NCBI GenBank assembly: GCA_963814585.1
Contig: CAWFDF010000011.1
Coordinates: 192,001 to 256,000 of the forward strand
Length of the DNA stretch: 64,000 bases
Direction: 5' to 3'
From: an uncultured delta proteobacterium
GTDB lineage: Bacteria; Myxococcota; Myxococcia; Myxococcales; Anaeromyxobacteraceae
Shown: one piece after another, positions 42,602 to 54,514 of the stretch
How the letters are laid out: every line of letters starts with the position of its first letter
Numbering within the stretch: position 1 is the first letter of the stretch
Notes under the pieces: model-generated
What the model was told of the DNA's origin: nothing
The model's input: only the letters and a program-made list of their open reading frames with translations
The model's database searches: none
Translations under genes and position numbers: made by a program

Positions 42602-42653
42602 AAGCGATTCCGATGAACTACTCTGGGACAGGATGAAGGACGGGATGAACACG

Positions 42654-43403
42654 ATGAAGATCCGAGCCGCCATCATGGCAATTATTGCCATGATTCCAAC
42701 AGTTGACCTCGCCGACGAGCGCCCGTACGCCTTCACGTATGAGCCTACCGTCTCTGTAGCCGGTGAGAAGGAACTCGAGCTATACGAGACTTTGTATCAG
42801 TCCGACTCCTCAGGAAGCACCAGCCGGAGCTGGTACCACCAGCTCGAGATCGGCTACGGCATCACCGACCGGTTCGACCTGGCCGTCTACGGTGTCTTCC
42901 GCACCACCCCCACCGACGACTTCGAACCGGCCGCCGTCAAGGTGCGGGGGCGCTACCAGTTGCTCGGCAGCGACGCCCCGGTGGAGCTGGTGCTCTACGC
43001 CGAGGTGGCGAAGGCGTTCGTCGACGAGGAGCCGTGGGCCATCGAGGAGAAGCTGATCCTCGGCCGCACCTCCGGCAGGCTGACCTGGGCGGCCAACCTG
43101 ATCGCCGAGCAGGAGTTCCCTTCCGGCGGCGGCACCGAGATCAGCTTCGGCTGGTCGGCGGGCGCCGCGTTCGAACCGGTGGGCGGCCTGCGCCTGGGCG
43201 CCGAGACCTTCGGATCGCGCGCCGGGGACCTGGGCGGCACGGGAACGTGGAAGGCCTGGGCGGGGCCCACCGGCTCGGTCCTGCTCCCCTTCCTGGCGCG
43301 GGGCTCGATCAACAGCGCCTGGCTCACCGTCGGCGCCGGCTTCGGCCTCAACGAGGCCAGCGACCAGGTCCGGGCCCGCGCCATCATCGGCTGTGACTTC
43401 TGA
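42654..43403 (+). CDS. Secreted/outer-membrane beta-barrel-like protein
   Basis: Signal peptide; ADERPYAFTYE, LEIGYGITDRF, C-terminal Phe. Confidence 0.75.
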   Translation: MKIRAAIMAIIAMIPTVDLADERPYAFTYEPTVSVAGEKELELYETLYQSDSSGSTSRSWYHQLEIGYGITDRFDLAVYGVFRTTPTDDFEPAAVKVRGRYQLLGSDAPVELVLYAEVAKAFVDEEPWAIEEKLILGRTSGRLTWAANLIAEQEFPSGGGTEISFGWSAGAAFEPVGGLRLGAETFGSRAGDLGGTGTWKAWAGPTGSVLLPFLARGSINSAWLTVGAGFGLNEASDQVRARAIIGCDF

Positions 43404-43405
43404 TC

Positions 43406-43425
43406 GCGGCGGCTTCAGCCGCCGC
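43406..43425. terminator. Hairpin after the OM protein gene
   Basis: GCGGCGGC-TTCA-GCCGCCGC. Confidence 0.45.
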
Positions 43426-43459
43426 AATAGGAACCGGCCAGCACACGGGTCGGCTCTCC

Positions 43460-43870
43460 TGACGACACCTGGTCACCTGCGCCCCGGTTGCCGCCATGTT
43501 CTCCACCCATGCCGTCGCCGGCCGCACCGAGCCCACCCACCCGGCGCGAGACCTGGGCGCTGCAGGCCGGAACGGCGGTCGCTGGGGGGCTCTCGAGCTG
43601 CGCTCGGTGGTCGGGGGCCTGATCGGCGCCAGCGTGGTGGGTGGGCTGCAGGCGCGGCTCGCCAAGGGCGGCGCCAGCGCGCTCGACCTGACCTTCTACG
43701 ACCTGGGAGGAACGCTCGGCTCGCTGCTGCCGGGGCTGGCGTGGGAGCGGTGGGGCCGGCCCGGGGTGCTCACCGCCTGCATCGGCGCGGTCGCGATCGC
43801 TCTCGGAGCCAACGCGCTGCTCTGCGCCGGGCCGGGATCACGCCGCGTCTCGCGCGCCGACGGCAACTAG
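43460..43870 (+). pseudogene. Probable 3' remnant of an MFS transporter
   Basis: GGASALDLTFYDLGGTLGSLLPGLAWERWGRPGV resembles the final TM pair of YnfM-type MFS; N-terminal part absent. Confidence 0.45.
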
Positions 43871-44112
43871 TCGTTGGCGACGATGCGAGCCGCCGGCACC
43901 TCGAGGGCGCGGGCGATGGCCACCACCGTGGTGTAGGGGGGATTGCGGCCACCGCGCTCGATGAGGCTGACGTAGGCGACCGAGAGGTCGAGCTCCTCGG
44001 CCAGCGCGGCCTGGGTCACGCCCTGCCGGTGGCGCTCCTCGCGGATGCGCGCGCCGAGGTGAAGCAGCTCGGCCGGCCGGGTGTTCTTGCTCTTCTTGGA
44101 CTTGGAGCTCAT
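43867..44112 (-). CDS. Small XRE-family HTH regulator
   Basis: LGARIREERHRQGVTQAALAEELDLSVAYVSLIERGGRNP. Confidence 0.88.
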   Translation of the reverse strand: MSSKSKKSKNTRPAELLHLGARIREERHRQGVTQAALAEELDLSVAYVSLIERGGRNPPYTTVVAIARALEVPAARIVAND

Positions 44113-44231
44113 GTGGTTCCTTCCGAGACCATAACCGGCCTGATCATGCGCCGGTGCGGCTTGCCGCCGCGCTGCCCGCACTATACGACGGGTGCGATCC
44201 GGGTGCAGGGAGGAAAGCCCGGCGAGGCCGC

Positions 44232-46418
<2,187 letters not shown>

Positions 46419-46472
46419 GCCTCGATTTAACCGGCGGGGCGGGCCGCCGCCGCGGTCCGGCGACCTGGCCCC

Positions 46473-47885
46473 TCACCCCGGGGTGCGGCCGCCGCGCCCC
46501 GGCGAGGCGGCCAGCGGGACGATCTCCCGTGACGAGAGCCGCAGGAAGCGCCACAGCAGCGCCGCCGACACCGACACCAGGCCGACCACGAAGCCCCACC
46601 AGAGCCCGGCCACGCCGAGGTCGAGACCGTAGACGAACCAGAGCAGCGCCGGGGTGGCCAGCAGCCAGTGGCCGACCAGGTTGGCCACGAACGTGAAGCG
46701 GGTGACGCCGGCGCCGCGGAGCACGCCGGCCCCCGCCCCCTGCAGCCCGTCGAAGACCTGGAAGGCCGCCGCGATCCGCAGCAGCGGGACGGCCGCCGCG
46801 GCCACCGCCGGTTCGTCGGTCATGAGCCGCGCCAGCAAGCCGGGGGCGGCCAGGAAGACCAGGCCGGTGCAGGCCATGAAGGCGCCTGCGGCCCCGAAGG
46901 CGGTGAGGCCGGCGCGCCGGGCGCCCGCCCGGTCGCGGGCGCCGACGAACGTGCCCACCCGGATCGAGCCGGCGTTCCCGATCCCGACGGTCACCGTGAA
47001 GGTGAGCGTGGCCATGGCGAGGGCCAGCTGGTGGGCCGCCATGGGCTCGGCCCCGAGCCGGGCCGCCAGCACGCCGGCCAGCGAGAAGAAGGCCACCTCC
47101 GCCACCATGTGGAGGCCGGAGGGCAACCCCACCCGCGCGGCGCGCAGCAGCTCGTCGCGGTCGGGCCTCCGCTCGTGACGTGGGACGGGCGGCGCGGGGA
47201 CGGCCCGGATGGCGGCCAGGAGGATGGCCGACTGGACCACCAGGCTGAGGCTGCTGCTGATGGCCGCGCCTCCACCGCCCAGCGCCGGGAGCTGGCGCAG
47301 CGGGCCCGCCCAGGCCGGCAGCACGGCACCGCCGAAGACCAGCAGCACGCTGAGCGGGAGGTTCAGCAGGTTGGCCACCACGGTGGCCACCACCATCGGT
47401 CGGGTGTGGCCCGCCGAGGAGAGGTAGCCCCGCCCGCCCACGTAGAGGAAGAGGAAGGGGAGACCGGGCAGCCGCCAGAGGATGAAGGTCCCGGCCACCT
47501 CGGCCACCGCCGGCTCCACGCCGAAGGGGACGAAGGTGAGCGGCAGGAGCGCCATGGGCAGGGCCAGCGCCAGCGCCGCGATCACCGAGAGCGAGCCCCC
47601 CTGCCAGAGGAGCTTGCGCGCTCGCGCCGCGTCGCCGGCGCCGAAGGCCTGGGCGATGAGCGGGTCGAGCCCCATCATGAGCCCGATGCCGAGCACGGCG
47701 ACGGTGAAGAAGAGCGTGTTCCCCAGCCCGACACCGGCCAGCGGCACGGCGCCGGCGCGGCCCACCACGGCGGTGTCGACCACGCCCATGAGGGCCTGTC
47801 CGGCCTGCGCCGCCGCCAGTGGGGCGGCCAGCCGGCCGAGGGCGCGCAGCTCGAGGCGGACGGGCGTCGCGGGTGGGGAGGCCAT
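46473..47885 (-). CDS. MATE family efflux transporter
   Basis: GVVDTAVVGR, AAHQLA, QVFDGLQ...GVLRGAG. Confidence 0.92.
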   Translation of the reverse strand: MASPPATPVRLELRALGRLAAPLAAAQAGQALMGVVDTAVVGRAGAVPLAGVGLGNTLFFTVAVLGIGLMMGLDPLIAQAFGAGDAARARKLLWQGGSLSVIAALALALPMALLPLTFVPFGVEPAVAEVAGTFILWRLPGLPFLFLYVGGRGYLSSAGHTRPMVVATVVANLLNLPLSVLLVFGGAVLPAWAGPLRQLPALGGGGAAISSSLSLVVQSAILLAAIRAVPAPPVPRHERRPDRDELLRAARVGLPSGLHMVAEVAFFSLAGVLAARLGAEPMAAHQLALAMATLTFTVTVGIGNAGSIRVGTFVGARDRAGARRAGLTAFGAAGAFMACTGLVFLAAPGLLARLMTDEPAVAAAAVPLLRIAAAFQVFDGLQGAGAGVLRGAGVTRFTFVANLVGHWLLATPALLWFVYGLDLGVAGLWWGFVVGLVSVSAALLWRFLRLSSREIVPLAASPGRGGRTPG

Positions 47886-47963
47886 CGGGGGCGGCAAGAT
47901 ACCAGCCGGGCCGGGCCGCGGAGGTACTGGATCTCCGTTCAGCGTGTGGGTAGCATGCCGCCG

Positions 47964-48530
47964 ATGAGGGTTCTCGGCATCGATCCAGGCTCGCTCCGCT
48001 GCGGTTACGGCGTGGTGTCGCGCCAAGGCGGCCGGCTCACGGTGGTCGAGTCGGGGGTGTTGATCCCCCGGGTCCGTCCCATGGCCGAGCGGCTGGCCTT
48101 CATCCTCGAGGGGCTCGGCGAGGTCATCGCCCGGACGGCGCCGGCCGAGGTCTCGATCGAGCAGATCTTCGCGGGGATCTCGCCCCGCTCGGCGCTGGCG
48201 CTCGGCCAGGCTCGCGGGGTGGCCATGGCGGTGGCGGCGCGGGCCGGGCTCCCGGTCTTCGAGTACCAGCCGAGCGAGGTGAAGCTGGCCTTCACCGGCT
48301 CCGGGCGGGCCGGCAAGGCCCAGATGATGCAGACCGCGCACGCGCTGCTGGGCGTCGCGGCCGAGCTCTCCGACGAGGCCGACGCCGTGGCCCTGGCGGT
48401 CTGCCACCTGGCGCGCCGGCCGCTCCGGCTCGCCGTGGCGACGGCGGCGCGAGCCCCGGCCCCGGCCACCGCGCGCGCGGCGCTGGCGCGGCTCCGCCCG
48501 GCGCGGCGCGACCACCGGAGGCTTCCGTGA
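47964..48530 (+). CDS. ruvC: Holliday junction resolvase
   Basis: [27 protein letters not shown]. Confidence 0.95.
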   Translation: MRVLGIDPGSLRCGYGVVSRQGGRLTVVESGVLIPRVRPMAERLAFILEGLGEVIARTAPAEVSIEQIFAGISPRSALALGQARGVAMAVAARAGLPVFEYQPSEVKLAFTGSGRAGKAQMMQTAHALLGVAAELSDEADAVALAVCHLARRPLRLAVATAARAPAPATARAALARLRPARRDHRRLP

Positions 48531-49120
48531 TCGCGCGGCTCACCGGCGCGCTGGTCGAGAAGGGCGAGGACTTCGCCGTGGTCGACGTCCAGGGCGTCGG
48601 CTACCTGGTCCACCTCTCGACCGCCTCCTCGCTGGCCCTGCCGCCTCGCGGCGAGCGGGTGGCCTTGCGGACCATCACCCACGTCCGCGAGGATGCGCTC
48701 GACCTGTTCGGCTTCGCGACCGAGGAGGAGGAGGGCGTCTTCCGCGCCCTGCTCGCGGTGAAGGGCGTCGGACCGCGCGCCGCGCAGAAGATCCTCTCCG
48801 GCATCCCGCCGCGCGACCTCGCGCAGGCGGTGGCCCACGGCGACGTGGCGCGGCTCACCAGGGTGCCGGGCGTCGGCAAGAAGACCGCCGAGCGGCTGGT
48901 GGTCGAGCTGAAGGACAAGCTGCTGGCGCTGGCGCAGGCGGCGGGCCCGGTGGTGGCCGGCGCCGGCGGTGGCGTGCTCGGCCAGCTGGCCGCGGCGCTC
49001 GTCAACCTCGGGTACAAGCCGGCCCAGGCCGAGCAGGTGGCCGAGCGGCTGCGAGGCCAGGCCGAGGACATGGCGCTGGACGAGCTGCTGCGCGAGGCGC
49101 TCAAGGCCATCCGGGGGTAG
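48527..49120 (+). CDS. ruvA: Holliday junction DNA helicase RuvA
   Basis: [29 protein letters not shown]. Confidence 0.97.
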   Translation: MIARLTGALVEKGEDFAVVDVQGVGYLVHLSTASSLALPPRGERVALRTITHVREDALDLFGFATEEEEGVFRALLAVKGVGPRAAQKILSGIPPRDLAQAVAHGDVARLTRVPGVGKKTAERLVVELKDKLLALAQAAGPVVAGAGGGVLGQLAAALVNLGYKPAQAEQVAERLRGQAEDMALDELLREALKAIRG

Positions 49121-49158
49121 CCCGCCCGGTCGGCGGGACGTGGTAGGCAAGGAGCCGC

Positions 49159-50199
49159 ATGACCGTGAAGGCCATCCGCGACGTGAGCGCCGGGGCGCTG
49201 GAGGGGGAGGCGAAGCTGGAGCAGTCGCTCCGCCCCGCCACCTTCGACGAGTACGTCGGGCAGGAGAAGATCGTCGAGAACGTCAAGGTGTACGCGCGGG
49301 CCGCCCGGGCGCGCGGCGAGGCGCTCGACCACGTGCTGCTCTCCGGCCCGCCCGGCCTCGGCAAGACGTCGATGGCCCACATCCTGGCGCGCGAGCTCCA
49401 GGTCAGCCTCCACGTGACCAGCGGCCCGGCGCTGGTGAAGAAGGGCGACCTGGCCGGGCTGCTCACCGCGCTGCAGCCGCGCGACATCCTCTTCATCGAC
49501 GAGATCCACAGGCTCTCGCCGGCGGTCGAGGAGGCGCTCTACCCGGCCATGGAGGACTTCCGCTTCGACGTGGTGCTGGGTGCCGGGATCGGTGCGCAGA
49601 CCATGGAGATGAAGCTGGAGCGGTTCACGCTCATCGGGGCCACCACCCGGACCGGCCTGCTGGCGGCGCCGCTGCGCGACCGCTTCCCCATCCAGGAGCG
49701 GCTCGACTACTACGCCACGCCCGAGCTGAAGGAGATCGCCACGCGCGCGGCGCGCAAGCTGTCGCTCCCGGTCGAGGAGGCCGCGGTGGAGGAGCTGGCG
49801 GCCAGGGCCCGGGGGACGCCGCGCATCGCCATCCGGCTGCTGCAGCGAGCCCGCGACTTCGCGCAGGTGGAGGGCGACGGGCGGCTCACCCGCGGGGTGG
49901 TCGAGACCACGCTGCGCCGCCTCGACGTGGACGCGCGCGGGCTCGACGCCATGGACCGCCGCATCCTCGCCATCGTGATCGACACCTTCGGCGGGGGCCC
50001 GGTCGGCATCGACGCGGTGGCGGCGTCGGTGGGCGAGGAGTCCGGGACCATCGAGGACGTCTACGAGCCGTTCCTGGTGCGCGAGGGGTTCCTGGCCCGG
50101 ACGTCGCGGGGGAGGATGGCGCTGGAGGCCGCCTACCGCCACCTCGGCAGGATGGACGGGACCGGGCGGCCGGGCGGGGGGCAGGGCCACCTGCTCTAG
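49159..50199 (+). CDS. ruvB: Holliday junction DNA helicase RuvB
   Basis: GPPGLGKT, FIDEIHRL, LYPAMED, GATTR, RGTPRIA. Confidence 0.98.
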   Translation: MTVKAIRDVSAGALEGEAKLEQSLRPATFDEYVGQEKIVENVKVYARAARARGEALDHVLLSGPPGLGKTSMAHILARELQVSLHVTSGPALVKKGDLAGLLTALQPRDILFIDEIHRLSPAVEEALYPAMEDFRFDVVLGAGIGAQTMEMKLERFTLIGATTRTGLLAAPLRDRFPIQERLDYYATPELKEIATRAARKLSLPVEEAAVEELAARARGTPRIAIRLLQRARDFAQVEGDGRLTRGVVETTLRRLDVDARGLDAMDRRILAIVIDTFGGGPVGIDAVAASVGEESGTIEDVYEPFLVREGFLARTSRGRMALEAAYRHLGRMDGTGRPGGGQGHLL

Positions 50200-50407
50200 C
50201 CGGGTGCCGTGCCGTCGCCGAGACTCCGGCTCATGACAGGGATGTCATGGCCCGTGGCGCCATGTGTCAGGATTTCCGACGGCGACCGCGAGGGCTCCTG
50301 GACGGGGCGCACCCGGTGGCAGGGCCATCCTGGAGAAATCCGCTTGATCTCCAATGGGATGAGAGTCCTGCCAGGCATGCCAGTCCGTTCCCGGTGACGC
50401 CCTCCCG

Positions 50408-50423
50408 TGGCACGCCAGTTGCT
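50408..50423 (+). promoter_or_regulatory. sigma54 (-24/-12) promoter upstream of lpxC
   Basis: TGGCACGCCAGTTGCT matches TGGCACG-N4-TTGCW; upstream palindrome CATGACA-GGGA-TGTCATG (50232-50249). Confidence 0.8.
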
Positions 50424-50525
50424 AAGTACCGGCATCGCAAGAGCGGCCGCCACCTACGGCGACACCTCCGGGTGGAACACCGGAAACCAGGCCGCTGCGG
50501 GCAGCTTCAGGAAGGCGAGAAGAGC

Positions 50526-51449
50526 ATGGCTCACTGGAATCAGCGGACGGTTGCGAAGCGGGTCTCGTGCACGGGCGTCGGCCTGCACTCGGGCGCGCCG
50601 GTCACGCTCACCCTGGCACCGGCCCCGGCGGACGCTGGCGTCTCCTTCGTCCGGATGGACCTGGGCGTCGAGATCCCGGCCCGCTACGACCTGGTCGTCG
50701 ACACCAGGCTCTCCACCTCGCTGGCCGTGGGCAATGCCCGCGTCTCCACCGTCGAGCACGTCCTCTCCGCCCTGCAGGGCATGGGCATCGACAACTGCCG
50801 GGTCGAGGTGGATGGCCCGGAGATCCCCATCCTGGACGGGTCGGCCGCCCCCTTCGTCGCCCTCGTCAACGAGGCCGGCGTGAAGGTGCAGAAGGCCGCC
50901 AAGCGGTACGTCGTCATCACCCAGCCCGTGGAGGTCCGCGAGGGCGACAAGCTGGCCCGGCTCGAGCCGGCCGACGGCTTCTCCGTCAGCTTCACCGCCG
51001 ACTTCGGCCACCCCCTCATCACCAACCAGGGCTTCGAGGTGAACGTCTCCGACCGCTCCTACGAGCGCGAGGTGGCCCGGGCCCGCACCTTCTGCTTCCG
51101 CAAGGACATCGAGGCGATGCAGTCGATGGGGCTGGCCAGGGGTGGCAGCCTCGAGAACGCCATCGTGGTGGACGAGTACTCGATCCTCAACCCCGAGGGG
51201 CTGCGCTGGCCCGACGAGTTCGCCCGCCACAAGGTGCTCGACGCCATCGGCGACCTGGCGCTGCTGGGGCGGCCGCTGCTCGGCGCGTTCACGGCGGTGA
51301 AGGGTGGCCACGCCCTCAACCAGGCGCTGGTGAAGCGGGTCCTCACCGACCCGACCTGCCACCGCATCGTCCAGGTCTCGGAGGAGAGCGAGGGGGCTCG
51401 CGCCCGCCTGCCGGTCTCCGTTGGCGTCGAGTCGCGCCTGCCGGCCTAG
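50526..51449 (+). CDS. lpxC: UDP-3-O-acyl-N-acetylglucosamine deacetylase
   Basis: GVGLHSG, TVEHVLSAL, EIPILDGSA, ARTF, RHKVLDAIGDL. Confidence 0.97.
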   Translation: MAHWNQRTVAKRVSCTGVGLHSGAPVTLTLAPAPADAGVSFVRMDLGVEIPARYDLVVDTRLSTSLAVGNARVSTVEHVLSALQGMGIDNCRVEVDGPEIPILDGSAAPFVALVNEAGVKVQKAAKRYVVITQPVEVREGDKLARLEPADGFSVSFTADFGHPLITNQGFEVNVSDRSYEREVARARTFCFRKDIEAMQSMGLARGGSLENAIVVDEYSILNPEGLRWPDEFARHKVLDAIGDLALLGRPLLGAFTAVKGGHALNQALVKRVLTDPTCHRIVQVSEESEGARARLPVSVGVESRLPA

Positions 51450-51528
51450 CGCCCCGCCGCGTCCGGCTGCATCCCGCTGGGAGGCGCCCTTCGTGCGGCG
51501 GGGGGCCGATAGGCCCTAGACTGCGCCC

Positions 51529-52569
51529 GTGTCCATCGCTCCGCCGCCACTCCTGCGCGCCCCGGCCGACGCCCTCGGCCCCACCGGCGAGCCACGCCTG
51601 GGCCGCTACGCCGGGTCGATCGGACGGGTCCAGTTCGACTCGCTGGCGCCCGAGGGCCTGGTGGCGTCCCTGCGCCACGCCGCCCGGTCCAAGCGGTGGC
51701 AGCGCGCGCTCCTGGCGCTCCCCGGCCACCTGCTCTTCCTCGAGATCCTCGACGGCGGAACCCTGGCGGGTGGCTCGGCGTGGATCGCCGAGCGGGCCAG
51801 CGGAGAGGTGCTCTTCGACCGCGACGCCGGCGGCGTGACCGGTCTCAACGTCCATGTCGGGGAGCGGCCGGGCGCCGGGGCCCGCGCCAGCTTCACCGCG
51901 CCGGGGATGGCGCTCGGCCTGGAGCGGCGTGCCGATCGCTTCAGGCTCTCGGCCGATCTCGGGGACGCCCTGCGGCTCGACGTGATGCTCGACACCCGGG
52001 ACTCGCCCGAGCCCTTCTCCCTGGTGGCCGCCCTGCCCGAGGACGGGCTGCGCGCCGCCCAGCTGACCGGGCCCCTCCCCATCGAGGGGAAGCTCGAGGT
52101 GCGCGGCCGGAGGGTGCCGCTCCAGGGCGGCCTCGCCGTGCTGGAGTTCGGCGCCGGGATCTTCCCCCGGGAGGTGGGATGGCGGAAGGTGACGGCGGCC
52201 GGGCGGCTGCCCGACGGCCGGACCGTGGCGCTCCACGTCGTCGACGGGCTGCCGGGCGCCTCGAACCAGGACGGCGCCGACGACGTGCTGCTGGTCGGCG
52301 ACGGGCCGGTGGGGCTGCCTCCGGTGGTGGTGGAGATCGATCCCGGCACCGCCATCGCGCCGTGCCGGATCCTGTCGCCCGACGGCTCGGTGGATCTCAC
52401 CTTCCAGCCCGTGGCGGCGCACCGCGACGCCCGCGGCCTGTTGCTGGTGCGGCTGGCGACCACGCAGCTGGTCGGCGAGCTCTCCGGCACCGTCCCCGGC
52501 CCCGGCGGGCGGCCGCTGCAGATCAGCGGGCTGGCGTGCGTGCTCGAGGATCGGCTGGCGAAGTGGTAG
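51529..52569 (+). CDS. DUF2804-like hypothetical protein
   Basis: KRWQ, GIFPREVGW, DGSVDLTFQP, VLEDRLAKW pattern. Confidence 0.65.
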   Translation: MSIAPPPLLRAPADALGPTGEPRLGRYAGSIGRVQFDSLAPEGLVASLRHAARSKRWQRALLALPGHLLFLEILDGGTLAGGSAWIAERASGEVLFDRDAGGVTGLNVHVGERPGAGARASFTAPGMALGLERRADRFRLSADLGDALRLDVMLDTRDSPEPFSLVAALPEDGLRAAQLTGPLPIEGKLEVRGRRVPLQGGLAVLEFGAGIFPREVGWRKVTAAGRLPDGRTVALHVVDGLPGASNQDGADDVLLVGDGPVGLPPVVVEIDPGTAIAPCRILSPDGSVDLTFQPVAAHRDARGLLLVRLATTQLVGELSGTVPGPGGRPLQISGLACVLEDRLAKW

Positions 52570-52583
52570 GTCCGGCGTCTCCT

Positions 52584-52614
52584 CTTCCACCTTCACCTCC
52601 ACCTCCACCTCCAC
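52584..52614. repeat. Short (CTCCAC)n tandem hexamer
   Basis: cttccac cttcac ctccac ctccac ctccac just after a stop codon. Confidence 0.6.
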
Positions 52615-52907
52615 CGGCGGTCGACGCTCCGGTGATCGGGTGACGCCGATGGTGCCGGCGCCCGGGAACGCCACCGGCCGCGCCGCCACGCCGGGCGAGG
52701 CGCTGGCCCTCGTGGGTGCGAGACAAGTTCGGTGAGCAGCCGAATCCTTCCTCCCCGGGGAGGGTCGAACACCCCAGGGGCCGGCCGCTCGGCCTCGGGA
52801 CCGGGCCGGCCAGGCCCTGCCCGGGGGTGGTCGGGCGCCCCGCGCCTCGTTACGATCACGTCCCGGCCGCACGGCGGCCACCAGCACCCTGGCCACCAGG
52901 AGGTACC

Positions 52908-53294
52908 ATGCTCTTCGCCGCCCACCTCGTCGCCGCGCTCGTCACGTTCTCCGCACCCGTTGCCGGGGCGCTGCCTCCCCCCGGCCTCGTCGACGGCGCC
53001 ACCGCCCAGCAGCTCCAGGCGGGCGGCGTCACCGTCCTCGACGTGCGCTCGGCGCAGGAGTTCGAGAGCGGGCACGTGCCGGGCGCCCTCAACATCCCCC
53101 ACGACCAGGTGGCGGCCCGGAGCGCCGAGCTGGGCGCCAAGGACCGGCCGGTCCTGCTCTACTGCAGGAGCGGTCGCCGCAGCGGCCTGGCCGCCTCCGA
53201 CCTGGCCAGGCTGGGCTTCACCGCCCTCTACGACTTCAAGTCCATCAGCGCGTGGCCGGGCCCGGTGGACAAGGGTCCGGCGAAGGGGAAGTAG
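52908..53294 (+). CDS. Rhodanese-like protein
   Basis: AGGAGG RBS; LDVRSAQEFESGHVPGA, LYCRSGRRS. Confidence 0.9.
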   Translation: MLFAAHLVAALVTFSAPVAGALPPPGLVDGATAQQLQAGGVTVLDVRSAQEFESGHVPGALNIPHDQVAARSAELGAKDRPVLLYCRSGRRSGLAASDLARLGFTALYDFKSISAWPGPVDKGPAKGK

Positions 53295-53991
53295 AGCTCG
53301 GGGCGGGAGGGAGCGCCGCCCTCGCCTCGGCGAGCGCCCGCCGCAGCGCGCGTTTGGCCAGCAGGCCCACCACCGCCGTGAGCACGGCCAGCCCCGCCAG
53401 GAGCCCCCACGAGTCGAGGCGGAGGCCTTGCACCGCCTGGCGCGGGTCCGGCAGGAGCGAGCCCAGCCAGGCGTAGAGGATGGTCCCGGGCAGCATCCCG
53501 ACGAAGGAGCCGGCCGCGAAGTCGCGCAGGCGCAGCGGCGTGACCCCGACCACGTAGTTCAGCACCGGGAAGGGGACCACCGGGGTGGCGCGCAGCAGGG
53601 CCACCACCTGGAAGCCGCTGCGCCGGATGGCCTCGGCGATGATCGGCCACTCGCCCACCCGGGCGAGCCGGCGGGCCACCACGCCGCGCAGCAGCGTCCG
53701 CCCCAGCAGGAACGGGAGGCAGGAGGCGACGCAGGTGGCCGGTGCCGCCACCAGCACGCCCACCACCGGGCCGAAGGCGTGGCCGGCGCCCACGGTGATG
53801 GGGCCGGCCGGGAGCATGAGCAGGCCCGCCACCAGGTAGACCAGGGCGTAGGCGACCCGCCCGGCAGGCCCGCCCTCCCGCGCCGCGAGGAGGGCCTCGA
53901 GGATCCAGTCGGGCCGTCGCAGCACCGAGAAGGCCAGCGCCGCCAGCGCCAGGCCGACCAGCAGGAGCCGGACCAGGCCCCCGCGGACCAC
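53245..53991 (-). CDS. TVP38/DedA (VTT domain) membrane protein
   Basis: LLRATPVVPFPVLNYVVG, GSFVGMLPGT; GTG at 53991 overlaps the upstream TAG. Confidence 0.88.
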   Translation of the reverse strand: MVRGGLVRLLLVGLALAALAFSVLRRPDWILEALLAAREGGPAGRVAYALVYLVAGLLMLPAGPITVGAGHAFGPVVGVLVAAPATCVASCLPFLLGRTLLRGVVARRLARVGEWPIIAEAIRRSGFQVVALLRATPVVPFPVLNYVVGVTPLRLRDFAAGSFVGMLPGTILYAWLGSLLPDPRQAVQGLRLDSWGLLAGLAVLTAVVGLLAKRALRRALAEARAALPPAPSSTSPSPDPCPPGPATR

Positions 53992-54307
53992 TACCAGGTC
54001 CCGAAGCGGCGGGGGGGGCCGGAGACGCTCAGCCCGCGCGTCGGATCCGTCTTGCGGAGCCCCTCGGACACGGCCCAGCGAAAGAAGGCCCGGGACGCCG
54101 AGAGGCGCAGCCGCCGCGTCCCCAGCCCCGCGGCCGCCTCGACCCAGGCGCGGAGCTGGGCCCTGGTGACGCTGCGGACCCACGCGGCGTCGGGCTGGCG
54201 CCGCGCCCGCCACGCCAGCTGCAGCACGGCCCGAGCGTAGAGGATGGCGGTCCGCGGCGCGCTGCCGGCCGCATCAGGTGGTCACGGAAGCGGACGGCGA
54301 TGGTCAC
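53991..54307 (-). pseudogene. Stand-alone integrase SAM-like (core-binding) domain gene, one frameshift near 54272
   Basis: VTIAVRFRDHL/AAGSAPRTAILYARAVLQLA...VTRAQLRAWV...RRLRLSASRAFFRWAVSEGLRKTDPT resembles the XerC/D-type N-terminal domain. Confidence 0.65.
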
Positions 54308-54514
54308 GCTTTGCCACCTTGGGTCGAAACCTGCACGCGCGCGTGCTTGGGACAAACGCGCTTGCTCGGGCCTGATTCCGTAGAGATCGCGAGGGGCCCC
54401 AGGGGTCACCTCGTGCCCTCCTCGAGCTCGCGGGGCGGCCGCTGGGCTGCGAGCGCGGCGAGCTGGGCCACCTGGCCCCGGAAGGCCTCGGGGCGCGTCC
54501 AGGCGGCGAGGATG

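Noticed and set aside
52584..52614. (CTCCAC)n repeat as a functional element
   Set aside because: Short, imperfect and intergenic, with no evidence of function
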